64,000 nt of DNA. Origin: Ramazzottius varieornatus (Eukaryota > Animalia > Tardigrada). This document shows positions 13,039 through 25,049 of this stretch, piece after piece; position 1 is the first letter of the stretch, and each line of letters opens with the position of its first letter. The notes under the pieces are model-generated. The model had not been told where the DNA came from and ran no database searches. It was given only the letters and a program-made list of their open reading frames with translations. The stretch is taken from assembly GCA_001949185.1 (NCBI GenBank), contig BDGG01000012.1:550973-614972 (forward strand). The letters run 5' to 3'. The translations under genes and the position numbers were made by a program.

Positions 13039-13596
13039 CTAGGATATACGCCCCACTACTCCAGTTCACTGTGCAGTTTCAACTGCGCTTGCGGCATTTC
13101 CTTTTCCCAAATGCAACTTTATTACATAGCCCATTGTGACGGAATATTCCCTGGAGGATACAGTAATCAAGCGCTTGTATAGATATGTATATAGCTTCTG
13201 CTAATCGACAAAACCAACATCCAGAATGCTCACAAGGGTATTTCGTTTATACCCATAAGCAAGACATTAGTAAAAAGCGAAACTATCGAGGGAGCCTTCA
13301 GACCATATCATACGCTGATCGCGATATCAATGACTGTACGACGATAGCTATGGCTCTTAGCCTCGACAAACCATGGGGATGAAATGTGGCATTGGTTCTA
13401 CAGCGAACGACGCACCTCGGGACTTTTTGTGGCTCCAGGAAGCGGTCACTGGCATTTCTTCCCAATGGTTCGTCGAGAGCTAAGAGCCTTCGCTATCGTC
13501 GTATAAGCATTGTTATCCCGATCGGCGTAGACGTGGCCCGAAGGTTCTCTTCTATAGAAAAATCCGGCGTTCGTCCAGGAGATTTCGCCAAGGACC

Positions 13597-16500
13597 TTAG
13601 TGATGGAAGAGTCGAACTCCGGTATGCGCTAGAACCATACCGTGCTCATTCGCAGCTTCCACGACGGCCTCGTCGTGGGTCGATCCCCCGGGACTGGCGA
13701 TGAACTTAACTCCACTCTGAAACACAAAGGGGGTCAAATGAGTTTTAAGGCGTAGACCCACCTGAAAGTGCTATTTTCCAGAACACGCGTTTAAATGATA
13801 GCCGATCTCTTCTGGCCACTTTCCTTGAAAGGCAATGTACCTGGTACTTGCGCGGAACAACATGTAATCTTTTGAGAAGATGCCGAAAGTTTTTTGTTAC
13901 TCTCACTTTATGCGGCCGATGCCGGAAATGCAGTAAATTCGGAAAATGCAGTAATTTGGAAATGCAATAATTTTGGAAATTCGGGATTGATGTTTCTTTA
14001 GCGCCTCGACCAATAGCACCTAGAAGGGACTACAAGAGTGAAAGCTAATTTCTATCAAAGATGGAAACGCGTTGGAGAAAACAGAAAAGTTTTCAAAAAA
14101 CCGGCTGGTCATCCGGTGGCGAGAACCTTAATTTACCGCGTTTCAGTTGCGCACTGTAGCTTTCTAGGAATCAAAACATTTTTCTCGAGTCTTGAAAGCT
14201 GTCCGACTGGACTTCCTCCAGACTAGTTATCGGTCCGTGATAGTCTAGATGAGGCCCCCCAGATTCTCTGCACACCAAGGTCGTGGAGCACTCCAAAAGC
14301 CTTCTCCATTTACTTCAAAAATGTTTTTCAACGAATGGAATTCCAGCCTAGGCGCGAATTTTTCAGTATTGCCCATAGGTTACTCTAACTTTAGGCAAAA
14401 AGTTGCAAAGATCAAATGACCACAAAATTTCTGGCGAACGCAGCAAGAGGTCCAAATTCGTTCGCGGGGGCGCGCAAAATTGACGTCCAAATGACGTAAC
14501 CCCAGATATCCGGTTGAGGGTACGGTTTTTTCGACCTCACATATGATGCAACCCGCGAACGTTTTGAACCTATAAACGCAGCTTTAATTAAAACTTATTG
14601 AACCCCCTTATCCTCTATGCTATCGGAAAGACTATCAGAGAGACTAATCTCTGCTTCTATGTATCATTCGAACGAGATAGATCGATGTAAATGAACGGCA
14701 TCAAGAAACCAAGAAAGGCGACTTACTGCGAATGCGCGGTCGACACTATCGCGGAAGGGAAAGAACGCGTCGGAACTCAGAGCAACGTTGTCCAGTTTGG
14801 CGATCCATTGAGCTCGTTCCTCCTGTGACATGAGAGACTGGGTTAATTAGAAAGTAGTTGGAGGCTAGTCCTAGGTATCCGTGCGTACCTGAGTGAGAGG
14901 TTTGGGGACTTCTTCGAAGTAGGACTCGAACTGTTGAGTGGGCATATCTTGTCCGACCACGTCCAGGATGAAAGCGTCAATAGCATTGGCAACCTCAGCC
15001 CGCTTGACGCCCTTCTTGAACTTGAACCCAAGGATGGCTGGGTGGAGCCTTAACCACCAGCTTTCGGCTTTGGCCGCGGCGATGCGAACGCAATGGATAC
15101 GAGACTGTTGTCCAGCACCGATACCCACCACTTGACCATCTTTGGCCAAGCAGACCGAGTTGGACTGGGTGTACTTCACGGCGACGGTCGCCACCATTAT
15201 GTCCCGAAGACCCTCCTCGGTAAACTACAGAGATAACCCGTATGCGTGAAGGACTTACCGCCGATGAACGATGTTCAGACAATACTCACCTGTTTATTCT
15301 TTGAAACCAAATTGTCGAACATTTTCTTCGAGATGACGGCATCATTGCGCTTCTGCTGCAAGTTTACTCCGAAGATGGTCTTGGTTTCTATTTCGACTGG
15401 CTCGTAGTTGGGATCTATCTGCAGAGTAGAAAGAACTTAGTTGAAACTGTAATAATACAGTAGTATGAGCGCGTCTGCAAATCAGGCTCGAACTTTGAAC
15501 ATCGCAGTTCTATGAAGTGGCGGACGCTTTCAGTTAACATCGTAGCAAAAGTGCGCCACTTGAGACAACAGTCACGATGAAGCTATTTACCGACGTCCCT
15601 ATGATTCTCGAGACTCGAGTCTTTTCCTGTCACAGTTCAGCGAAGACAAATATCGATTACCTTGAGCATGCAATAGGAACCGCTCTTCTTTTTCTTCAGA
15701 AGGGCTTCAGCCTCTTTAGAGTAGCCTGGTGCGATGATGCCGTCTGAGACCTCGCGAGAGATGATGTGGGCGGTGATTTCGTCGCAAGGGTCGGACAAGG
15801 CTATGAAGTCTCCGAAGGATGACATTCGATCTGCTCCTCGAGCTCGCGCATAGGCCGTAGCTAATGGGGATAGTTGGCTGGCCAAGTCCGACACCTGGCA
15901 CAGTTCCGCTTGTTGGGCGCTGAGTGGAATACCGACCGCAGCTCCAGCTGGGCTGACATGCTTGAACGAGGTTGCGGCGGGAAGACCCAAAGCAGCCTTG
16001 AGTTCGCGCACCAACTGCCAACCGTTGAGAGCGTCGCATAGGTTGATGAAACCCGGACTGCCGTTGACGACTAGGAGAATCAATTCATCATGAAGTTCGA
16101 AAATGACCGTCAAGTGGAGGCTAGACAAATAGAACGTACAAGATCGTCATCCCAAGTGCCGCACTTCTTCATCGTTATTGGACGGAGTTGTGAGTCATTG
16201 AACATAACGATCTTGGACGTTCGCCCAGCTCTCAAGTTGTTTTAAACTATCAATTCACCAATGGGCCGCCGAAGCCGAAACTCGGCAAGAAATGATTAAT
16301 CATTGGTAGTACCTGAGAAGGGTAGCGGTCCATGGGGATGGTAGACCTCGGCGGGAGCCTGATGAGGATTGATGCCGTATCGCAGCGCCATCTGCGAAGA
16401 CCCGGCACTATAGCGCTGCCGGAAGTGCACGGCAATAGCCGCATCGTATTCTGCCGTCTGTGAAAATGCCTACAAAAAGACACCGAAACTCAATCGTCAT

Positions 16501-17835
16501 TATGGTTTTCCGAAATTTTTCCCATTCCCCTACTTGATATGTTGTGCTACTATAAATTTATCTTATCGTTCTGAAGCCTGGATCCCCGGATCGGTTACGA
16601 ACCTTTAACGCAAGCCGTTGTCGAGTCTGCTCCGATATGAGATTAGATGAGTTGTTCCGGAGTTCTTCCAGGACACTACCAAAAACAGCATTCACCGAGT
16701 CGCTAGCACACAAGGCAACCTGTCATAGCTCTCCGTTTCCTGAAATACGGTAGTACGTGCTAACCTTTGGTAATCAGTTGGATCGGAGAGGACTATGACC
16801 CGGGAATGGTTCTTCGCAGCGGCTCGGAGTAGGGTAACGCCACCGATATCGATGTTTTCGATAATTTCCGCCTCGTGTTTTGTATTCTTCACCGTCTCGA
16901 CGAACGGATACAAGTTGCAAACCACGACTGAGATCTTGTTGATTCCACGCTCATCGAGGTCCTTCATATCCTTGTCCGTATCGCGCGCAAGAATGCCGGC
17001 ATGGATCTACAATGATAACAGTTGAAGTCAAACGTTTGGTCCACCCAGCCTGACTTCTCTTCTAGAACGGTTTCTGACCAGAACTTACTATAGGATGAAG
17101 CGTCTTGACTCGTCCATCCAGCATCTCATAGGCTCCGGTGATTTCCGAGACATCAGTAACAGCCACAGCCTCATTCCTCAAGGTCTTCGCCGTGCCTCCC
17201 GATGCAATGACATGAAAACCAGCATCCACCAGACCTTTAGCCAAATTCAGAAGCCCAGTTTTGTCGTAAACGCTGATCAAGGCAAGGGACTCTGTAGATG
17301 AAGGAATACGTAGTACATTATACGGGAGGTCGGCAAACGAAGCATACGAGATCTCATTTCGAGTGGCGCACGATTTTATTATTTTTGATCAGGAGCGTGC
17401 GCCACTTATGACTTAAAAGACCAAGGGTGATGCCCCGGTTGCCTGGCGCACCCCAAAAGCCTTGCGGAATGGTTACTGTTGAACCTTTTCGTCTCAAATT
17501 TTCACGTTTGCTTTCGGAAACTTTGTCGCTTCCAGTTGAAAAAGATGTGAACTGGCTAGCAGCTTTCTGAAAATTTCGAGAGACTGTTTCGTTTTTGACC
17601 AGATTGTGTCTTGGGTCGACAGACCAATTTTTTACTCGAGAGCTGGCTGACGGAAAGCCTCATTAAAAATTGGACACAGCCAGTTAAAAATTGAGGAAGG
17701 TGATCTACCCCCCTTGTACTCCCAGAGCTCGGAATTGCGTGGTCTTTCAAGTGTTAAGGTGGTATTCTTGTACGTTTCGTTTGCTGGCATTACAGTGTCA
17801 GTGACGAATAAAACCGGCTTACCTTTGCTCTTCAT
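13597..17835 (-). CDS. ATIC: Bifunctional purine biosynthesis protein ATIC/PurH (AICAR transformylase/IMP cyclohydrolase), ~10 exons; possible upstream in-frame start at 18000
   Basis: Exons give [66 protein letters not shown] and [10 protein letters not shown]. The terminal exon 13597-13716 is [12 protein letters not shown]...HTGVRLFHH*. Confidence 0.96.
13729..14607. mobile_element. Probable TIR insertion expanding the last ATIC intron
   Basis: GGGGGTCAAATGAGTTTTAA at the left versus TTAAAACTTATTGAACCCCC at the right. Internal ~18-bp tandem GGAAATGCAGTAATT at 13924-13981. The intron is about 1 kb against about 60 bp typical. Confidence 0.5.
15500..15575. repeat. 77-bp palindrome family copy (ATIC intron)
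   Basis: gaagtggcggac-25nt-gtgcgccacttg. Confidence 0.8.
16139..16215. repeat. 77-bp palindrome family copy (ATIC intron)
   Basis: caagatcgtc atcc caagtgccgcac-25nt-gtgagtcattga acat aacgatcttg. Confidence 0.82.
17347..17408. repeat. 77-bp palindrome family copy (ATIC intron 1)
   Basis: cgagtggcgcac-25nt-gtgcgccactta. Confidence 0.8.
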
Positions 17836-18288
17836 CTTGCGGGTTCCACTGTGCAGGTTCTTCCACGGTGTGTATGATACAGGTGTGGTGTAGAAAGGGC
17901 AAATAGAATTTGAGCCGAAGGCACTGTAAGTAGAAGATCGTCGAATATTAACCGGAGAAAAGTTCAGAAGAAAGCTTGATCGAGCTTGTAGATAATGCAT
18001 GGTCAAAGTTCTCCGATTAAAACTCAGACTATGCTGAAGGTAAGACGTCGACAAGACTTTCAATGTAATCAGGTTGAAGAGGTACCTCCTCGAAGAGCAG
18101 CTTTGTCTCCATTGTCGTGGACACTATAAAAGTTGGCGATTGTTGTCAAAACTCGAAAGCAGCGGGGAAACAATCCTCTATAGTCTGATAAACATTTCGA
18201 GGTTATGTACAGTCTTTCCAGGCTCCAGCTTATTGACGATTACATTATGACTGGGAGGCCGGCAGACGAAACGTACAAGCCGTTATCT

Positions 18289-18350
18289 GTAATCGCGCAC
18301 TTTTTCATTGTAGTTGGCCGAAACCGTGCGCCACTTAAGATCACGGTAGA
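18289..18350. repeat. 77-bp palindrome family copy (between ATIC and AKH)
   Basis: gtaatcgcgcac-25nt(ttggccg)-gtgcgccactta. Confidence 0.7.
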
Positions 18351-18834
18351 TATTCTCTTCTGGCCAGTCAGATTGACCAGTGGGCAGAGTCATTTCGCCG
18401 AAGGTCTCTTGCTACCTTATTCTCGGTTGTTAATTTTCCTGAAACGAACATGCGTACGGCCAACGTTACCGGAGTTGCTGCGCTGAAGCAAGCGGCGCAA
18501 TGACGTGCGACGACAAGGACAACGGACGCGGCAGGTGTCGCACCTTCTTACTGCCAGATGAATCAACATCACGTAAGTTTCTCGTGTGAAAACAGATCAG
18601 GAAGATGGTTTGCGAGTCCTACCACAAGACGGTGGGGCCAACACGCGGAGTTGCAGAAATTATATACCTGCCTGCGTAAACCTTAAGGAACCTTCCCTTT
18701 TGTACACGAGGACCACTTGAGCATGGTGACGCGATGATGGCCAGGTGGTTCTTATTAGCCGGAAGTTAAGAGCTAAATCGGCTAATCACGCTAGGAGGTG
18801 CGCTCGTCGTTCGGCACAAGCGATCGAGTTTGAC

Positions 18835-18841
18835 TATAAAA
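18835..18841 (+). promoter_or_regulatory. TATA box upstream of the AKH-type precursor gene
   Basis: TATAAAA about 130 bp upstream of the ATG at 18969. Confidence 0.4.
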
Positions 18842-18968
18842 GAATGACCCAGGACTTGCGCATGTATCATGCTCCTGGTTTCTTGCCTTCTTTTCGTCTC
18901 GAGGCCAGAAGTTGCACACAAAGACTTGTCCGATACTTTCCGCTCGACGGTAGAAGCAAGCTATTACC

Positions 18969-19276
18969 ATGCATCGATTCTTTTCTTTTGTCTTCTGTAT
19001 AGTTGTGGTCCTGGCGACCTGCGCCTCGATATCGCGGGGTCAGTTCAACTTCTCGCCCAACTGGGGAAAACGATCAGGAAATGGTTTGGCTCTTCATGGC
19101 GGAGACAACTGCGAAGCTCTGCAAGCTGTGCGCGTGATAGAAGTCTATCACGCCTGCAGGGTCAGTGCGGGATAATTATTCTTGCTTCGAGTCGCTGTAT
19201 CGTGATCTTGTGTTGTTTCGTTCTCTTGCAGCGGGAACTGGATACCATGCACGAATGCCTGAGCAAACCTTCATAA
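18969..19276 (+). CDS. AKH: Adipokinetic hormone / RPCH-family neuropeptide precursor (exons 18969-19160, 19232-19276; 78 aa)
   Basis: A hydrophobic signal peptide is followed directly by QFNFSPNW-G-KR (Gln1, aromatic 4, Trp8, amidation Gly, dibasic site), then a Cys-containing precursor-related peptide ending RELDTMHECLSKPS*. The GT-AG intron is phase 0. Confidence 0.92.
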
Positions 19277-21733
19277 GCTTGGCGGCAGTCTCCCCCCTTT
19301 CCAGGCTGAGAGACTGATGGTCCTGGTTACACTTGCCAACTGCTCCTTGCACCACGTATTTGACAATCAACATCGGACGATTGGCATTTCCACTACGAGG
19401 TAAAGGACATGGAGTTTTCCAGTGAGAATTTCGGACATAAAAATTTCCAGGTTGTTTTAACGTAGCTGCTGGTCAGATTGCGTCGTACGGTAAGTCAGTC
19501 AGTAGAGAAAGTTTTTCTGATCATAGCCAAGCCGTCTTCCGAGTCATTTGACGGTGCAAAGGTGAGAAGGGAAGGTCTGCAGGAGACAGGATAAAATTCA
19601 ATGTTAAAGAGCCTGGACAAGAAATAAAACGTAGGCCTGAAGAGGCGCTTGTGTAGTCTTTTACGGAGACTTACGCCAAGACGTTACACCTCCGTTCTGG
19701 TCAACTCCTAAGATAACATAAGTGATTAATGGATGCTCTACAAAGCCTCTGACGCCTTTCCGATGCATGTAAAGCATGCCGATTCCGTGCAGCAAGGCCA
19801 AATTTCACAAAAGATTATCTCGTTAGTCTCTCCATGTTATCAATGATGGCTACGACAAGTAAGGTTCAAAGTAAGCTCAAAACTGCTGCTCAGGTTCATA
19901 AGAAGCTGATGTTGGAAACTGCCGCATTGTTTGAGTTTTTACCTCTAGGTGATATGTGGGAATCAGGGAATAGTGATGTAACGGAGAGCTTGATTTTATG
20001 GGAAAAAGAAGTACAACTGAATGTTTACATTGCACCGACTGTTCGTTACCGTACCACAGATCTTAGCTGCGGTTGCACATTCCAGTCTATAAGACGTCAC
20101 GTGACAAAACAGTCAGATATTGTGGTGCCACCCTACACCGCAGTTTGGAAATTTCCATGTCCGAAGTTTCCACTGGAAAACTCCATGCCCTTTACCTCGG
20201 AAGTATTTGATTTTTGTAATATCCTAGTGCCGCTGAATATTGCGACCATATTTCAAGTTATAATACCTCCTCACGCCGAGTCAACAACGCCAAAGGGCTA
20301 CATAGAGCGAGGTCGCCCCTTGTAGGCTTCCCGAACTCTTCAGCTGCATTGGCGTCCCCTTCGACTTGTTGCATCCTCACTGTGGGTCTACATACTTACC
20401 CCGATCACACCCATCCCGGGCTCCCAGTGGCGACATTTGTGAACGAGCTCAGTATTTTTATTCAAACAGTATTTTTATTCAATCCAATTCCAGAACGACG
20501 CGCAGCTTGACGATTTTTCGTGCATATATCCCAACACAATTCGGCGATAACGAACTTTTCTGGTATTCCGTACACTTCAAATATATGTTTTGTACCTTAC
20601 TGTTCCGACCTGCCGATGAAAAGCTTTGTTGAACCCGCTGAAATGTGTTTCCTTATAGACCTTTATATTTTAGTCCAGACTTCTGCTGGTATTCTGGGTC
20701 TACACGCCAACAGTTGTTTGCTGATCGACATTACCACATGAAGTATAACCCTGTTGTTCTCAAATGCTCTATGGTTATACGCCGGTACCATTTTGGTATC
20801 ATGATGACCGAGAATCAAGCGGAGCCATTCGAACAGAGGCTCAGTGACCTTCTGATGTCACGTACAACGCAAGTGTGACGTCCTCAGTTAGCGATTTAGC
20901 TTGAGCGGAGGATTTCTCTAAAGGCCTCCATTAGGAAATTGGTCCTATTGAAAGAGCTCGTGACTTCTGCGAACCAAACACCAGTTTTAACGTGGCAAAT
21001 TAACAGCTCTTCCACAGCGATTCAGATCTAATAACGCCCGTTGGTTCATTCTGCAGAAATTCTTCATGTTCCGCCTTCAGTTTAGCAGCTGTCGGTTCAC
21101 CGCAGTAGAGGAAGAAAGCTGTAGGAGAAAGGTTCCGCGCTAATTTCCGGTGGAACGCGAGATGACTGGCTTGTGATGGGGTAAAGCTAGCTGAATGAAG
21201 CCCCCTTCGAGCTATCGTTAAATCTGCAAGATTGCTTCTCGGGATGGAGGGAATATCGGGCGCTGCGTGGTACTTAACCACGTAATGCATTGTACCAGTA
21301 GCATGTAATCATCCGGGCCCAAAGGAGGAGCCGCTCGACCGCGAAACCCGCCATTCAGCCGTCCTCTAATAACGTTAAGATGGCTCAGGTTGCCTTGCCT
21401 TTCCCTTCCTTTCCTGCAGCCTTGGCTTCCTTTCTGGAGCTCCCGAACGGTATCGTTTCAATCACGTTTGACGCTTGCTTAGCTAGAAGATCCTGCTTGG
21501 ATTACCGCCCACATTAGGGAGCTTATATGAGGGTACAAAGATGCTGGACGAGGAAACCTTGGGGTGCGCGACGATGAATGAAGGGCTTCATGCTGGGTTG
21601 TATATGTTTGCCAGACTATTGTTTTCAAGGATAATGCACTGGTGAATTCTGTTTCCTAAAATAAACGCGCGGATTCTCTGCAGTTGTCTTGGAATATCGC
21701 GTGTAATATTCAGTGTGAAATTTGGTGTGGAGA

Positions 21734-24318
21734 ATGAGCGACCTGTTGACCGAACTCCAGTGTACTAAGCCTCCACCCAACAACTGCTTCCGTCTCATCG
21801 TTCTAGGTAAACAGTTCGATAACATCATAATATTGTATTATACTTTTCGATTGTTTAAAGTTTGATATTAGGCTTATATTAATTATTAGGTCGCTTCCCT
21901 ATTTGGGAGCTGTACAAAGAAAGCGTACAAGATTGTTCCCCAACTGGCGCGCCCTTCCGGCCAATAACAACGTGAACGTGCGCCACTTGAGAAACAGATC
22001 TTGTAGTGGCGCACTCGTCCAGTCACTAACAATGAAACGTGCGTCACTTGAAATAACGATCTCGTACGTTACTTTTGCTCAACTCCCATTTGTCTTCGTT
22101 TTATTAATTTTGTTTTTTAGGGTCGGCGAAGGTGGGAAAGACCGCTATCGTTCGTCGCTTTCTGCATCAGGAGTTTCACGACACGTATGTGCCGACGATT
22201 GAGGATTTTCACCGGAAAATCTACAAGATTCGAGGGGAGGTGTTTCAGCTGGATATCTTGGACACCTCTGGCTCCATTCAAACCTTTCCAGCCATGCGGC
22301 GTTGCATGCTTCTGACAGGTTAGGGAAATAACCTTTCGAACCTACGATCGATCATTTATCACCCATAACCAAAATCTGTCAACAAGGAGGCTAAAGAAAG
22401 CTAATGCTATCCACATAACTTCATAAACTTGTCATAATTATAAAGTCCTGTCGGCAAATTTTTACTTACTTGGCGAGTTTCTCATTTGAATTTACGATTT
22501 GAAAACAGTTTTGTAAACTTAATAAAAATAACTAAAAATTCATATGTGCATATGTGTAACTAAAATTTCAAACTTTACGCATATGTGTACCGTAACTGAT
22601 TAGTAGAGAGAACGCTGTTAAAGTCGTGTATCAGACAGATTTCATTGTTGAGACTCGAAATGCAGCCGTCAGAAAAGGTCATTGGTTACTGTTTAATTAT
22701 CTCACAGGTCACGATCTTTTTTGTTGCGGTCCTTATGTAGAACGTGATATAATACTTCCTGCAGCTGGCTTTCCAAGCTGCGTGACGATATTGCAGATGG
22801 AATCTATTTCAAAAGATCAGCGTATATTTGTTGTGGCGTAAAGTCCCATCCATATGGAATAAGCCAAAGAAGAGTAGGTGCATGTCGGTGACAGGTGGTA
22901 CCTAGTGCCCTTTATTAACATCCGGTGTTGATCATATTCCATTAGGTGATGCCTTTCTGCTGGTATATTCCATCGACTCGAGGGAATCCTTCGAGGAGGT
23001 CTTGCGTCTACGAGAGCAGATTGGAGAATCGATCCGCAGCGCCAACACTAACAACTGCACCAAGAACAACAAGCCCAAGAACCTCCCAATTCCCATGCTG
23101 ATCGCAGGTACGTGTCGCCAAGGGACTCCATCACGAAGCCCGCAGCCTCGTCAGTAAAAACATGACACGGCACTTATCTTCTTTCGTAAGGTAGACCCCA
23201 GTAATCTTTCCTGCGGCGTAATATAATTAGACAGTGACCGAGTCGATGTGCATGAGAGTATTCCCACAGATCCAGACTGATGCGAGGATGCAGTAAACAA
23301 GCCGTGATTAATGTCCTTTACTCGCCTTGCTGAGTCGAACTGGTATCACGCGGGAAATTGGTCCTTGTAAGAGGAACAGTAGAAATTTGGCTCTCAATAA
23401 CCAGCATTATGCTTCGATTCAAATGGTTGCGAACACAGTTTTTTTAGATTTGTTGAAATGTCAAGACATTTATTTTGTCGAAGTGATGATTAGCAAAGTT
23501 TTCCAAGTGTTGAAGTATCAATAGGGTGAGGCGTGATGTTTTTGCAGGTAACAAGAGCGACAAGGAAGTGACGAGAGCAGTAGCGGCAGGAGAAGTCGCT
23601 CACGTGCTCTCCCGGATCAAAGACGGGGCGCTGTGTTCCTTTGTGGAATGTAGTGCAAAGAATAACCAAGGGATAGTGGATGCCTTTGGGTCCCTGTTTA
23701 CTGTGGCCGACTTTCCCGAAGAAATGATACCCAGCACAGAACGACGAATCTCCTTAACCCATGGTACGTACGAAGAACACTACGAGTAGTTTTCTTTCGG
23801 TTTCCATCGATGGGTCGTGTAATAGGTTGCGGAGAGAAATGTGACCGTTCAAAGTACCTACATACAAATAAACGAATGGTTATTTTGGTCGATGTGTATG
23901 CAGGTGCATGCGATTGTCTTTCTTACCTGACTGTAGAGTCTGATGAGTTAGCTTCTTCAACTCTGCGAACGTACTATTATGAATAAGTCTTTTCACAGGA
24001 GGGAATATCGTACCTCGAAGGGTCGATTCAGGAAGGAACGGATTACGGCGTCGTCACGGACTCTCGCTCCGGAGGCGGCTCTCCGATGCCTACAGTGCTC
24101 TCATCCTCAACGTACGGCGTCCTTCCATACGAACCGACCTTGTGATGGTCCAGACGAAGGCTGAACAACTAGCGACTCCGCGGTCAAAACGTCGTCGGCA
24201 CAAGTCGTCAGTCAGGCGCACCGATTCCTACCAGCCATCGACGACAGACTCCGCCAAAGACTCGTCCATCGAGATCGACCCATACAGAAGAAAAGCCGGC
24301 CATTGTTGCATTCTGTGA
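21734..24318 (+). CDS. RASD: RASD/Rhes/Dexras1-family small GTPase (5 exons)
   Basis: Spliced product contains NCFRLIVLGSAKVGKT, YVPTIEDFHRKIYKIRGEVFQLDILDTSG, GNKSD, ECSAK and RRPSIRTDL, and ends in the CAAX box CCIL*. Confidence 0.92.
21928..22064. repeat. 77-bp palindrome family doublet (RASD intron 1)
   Basis: Cores start at 21941 and 22003. Confidence 0.87.
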
Positions 24319-25049
24319 CGTCTATAAATTGGTCCTTCCTTCATTTGGTAATTGCAGTTGGTCTCAAGGGATTACAATTTTGCTACGTCGCTATCATGTC
24401 TTACCAAACAGATTGTATGAAGCTGTTAAGCTGCACCGTATTTCAGAACTGACCTTGAAGCTATCGGCACCTAATGAATATCCACAGTGAATCATGGGTC
24501 CTGCACCTGTTGCGAAAGTAACGATTACTCGTCATGTCATACGAAAGTAATCGGCTCGTCCTGTCTTCAATCATCCCGACTTTTGCATTACGGCCCAAAT
24601 CGCACTAACCAATTGCAACGTCTGAACCGTATTATTAGCGGCCAAGGTCAAGATGCAAAATTAATTTCTCTCGCAGCATCGAAAGAGGCTTACTCGGTTG
24701 AGTCTGTTCATCGGACCGATGGATGCAGAGCCGAATACATTTGGGATGAAAAAAGCGACCCAAGTTACCAAGAACACAGACTATGCGTAAGGCCAATCAA
24801 CCATCGGAATTCGCGCAAAACTATACTGCACAGTGCCAGCTATTTTCGGTACCAAGCAACCAACCCTGTTTGAAAAGGAACAAATATTAGCAAGCAAAGA
24901 CGCAGCCGACCGATACATGAGTCGAGTGCAGAGTTCCACAAAAAGTTCCACAAATAACAGAAAAAAAAGAGCATTGTAGAGCACTATCCGAGCTCTACTA
25001 GAGAATAACACACAACAACAAAAAAGCTCCACTGAGAGCACAACTCACA

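Noticed and set aside
14726-14830. ATIC appearing C-terminally truncated
   Set aside because: The last exon (...RLFHH*) is present at 13597-13716, beyond a long intron.
19834-20325. 163-aa ORF downstream of AKH
   Set aside because: No recognisable domain or splice support, so it cannot be called from sequence alone.
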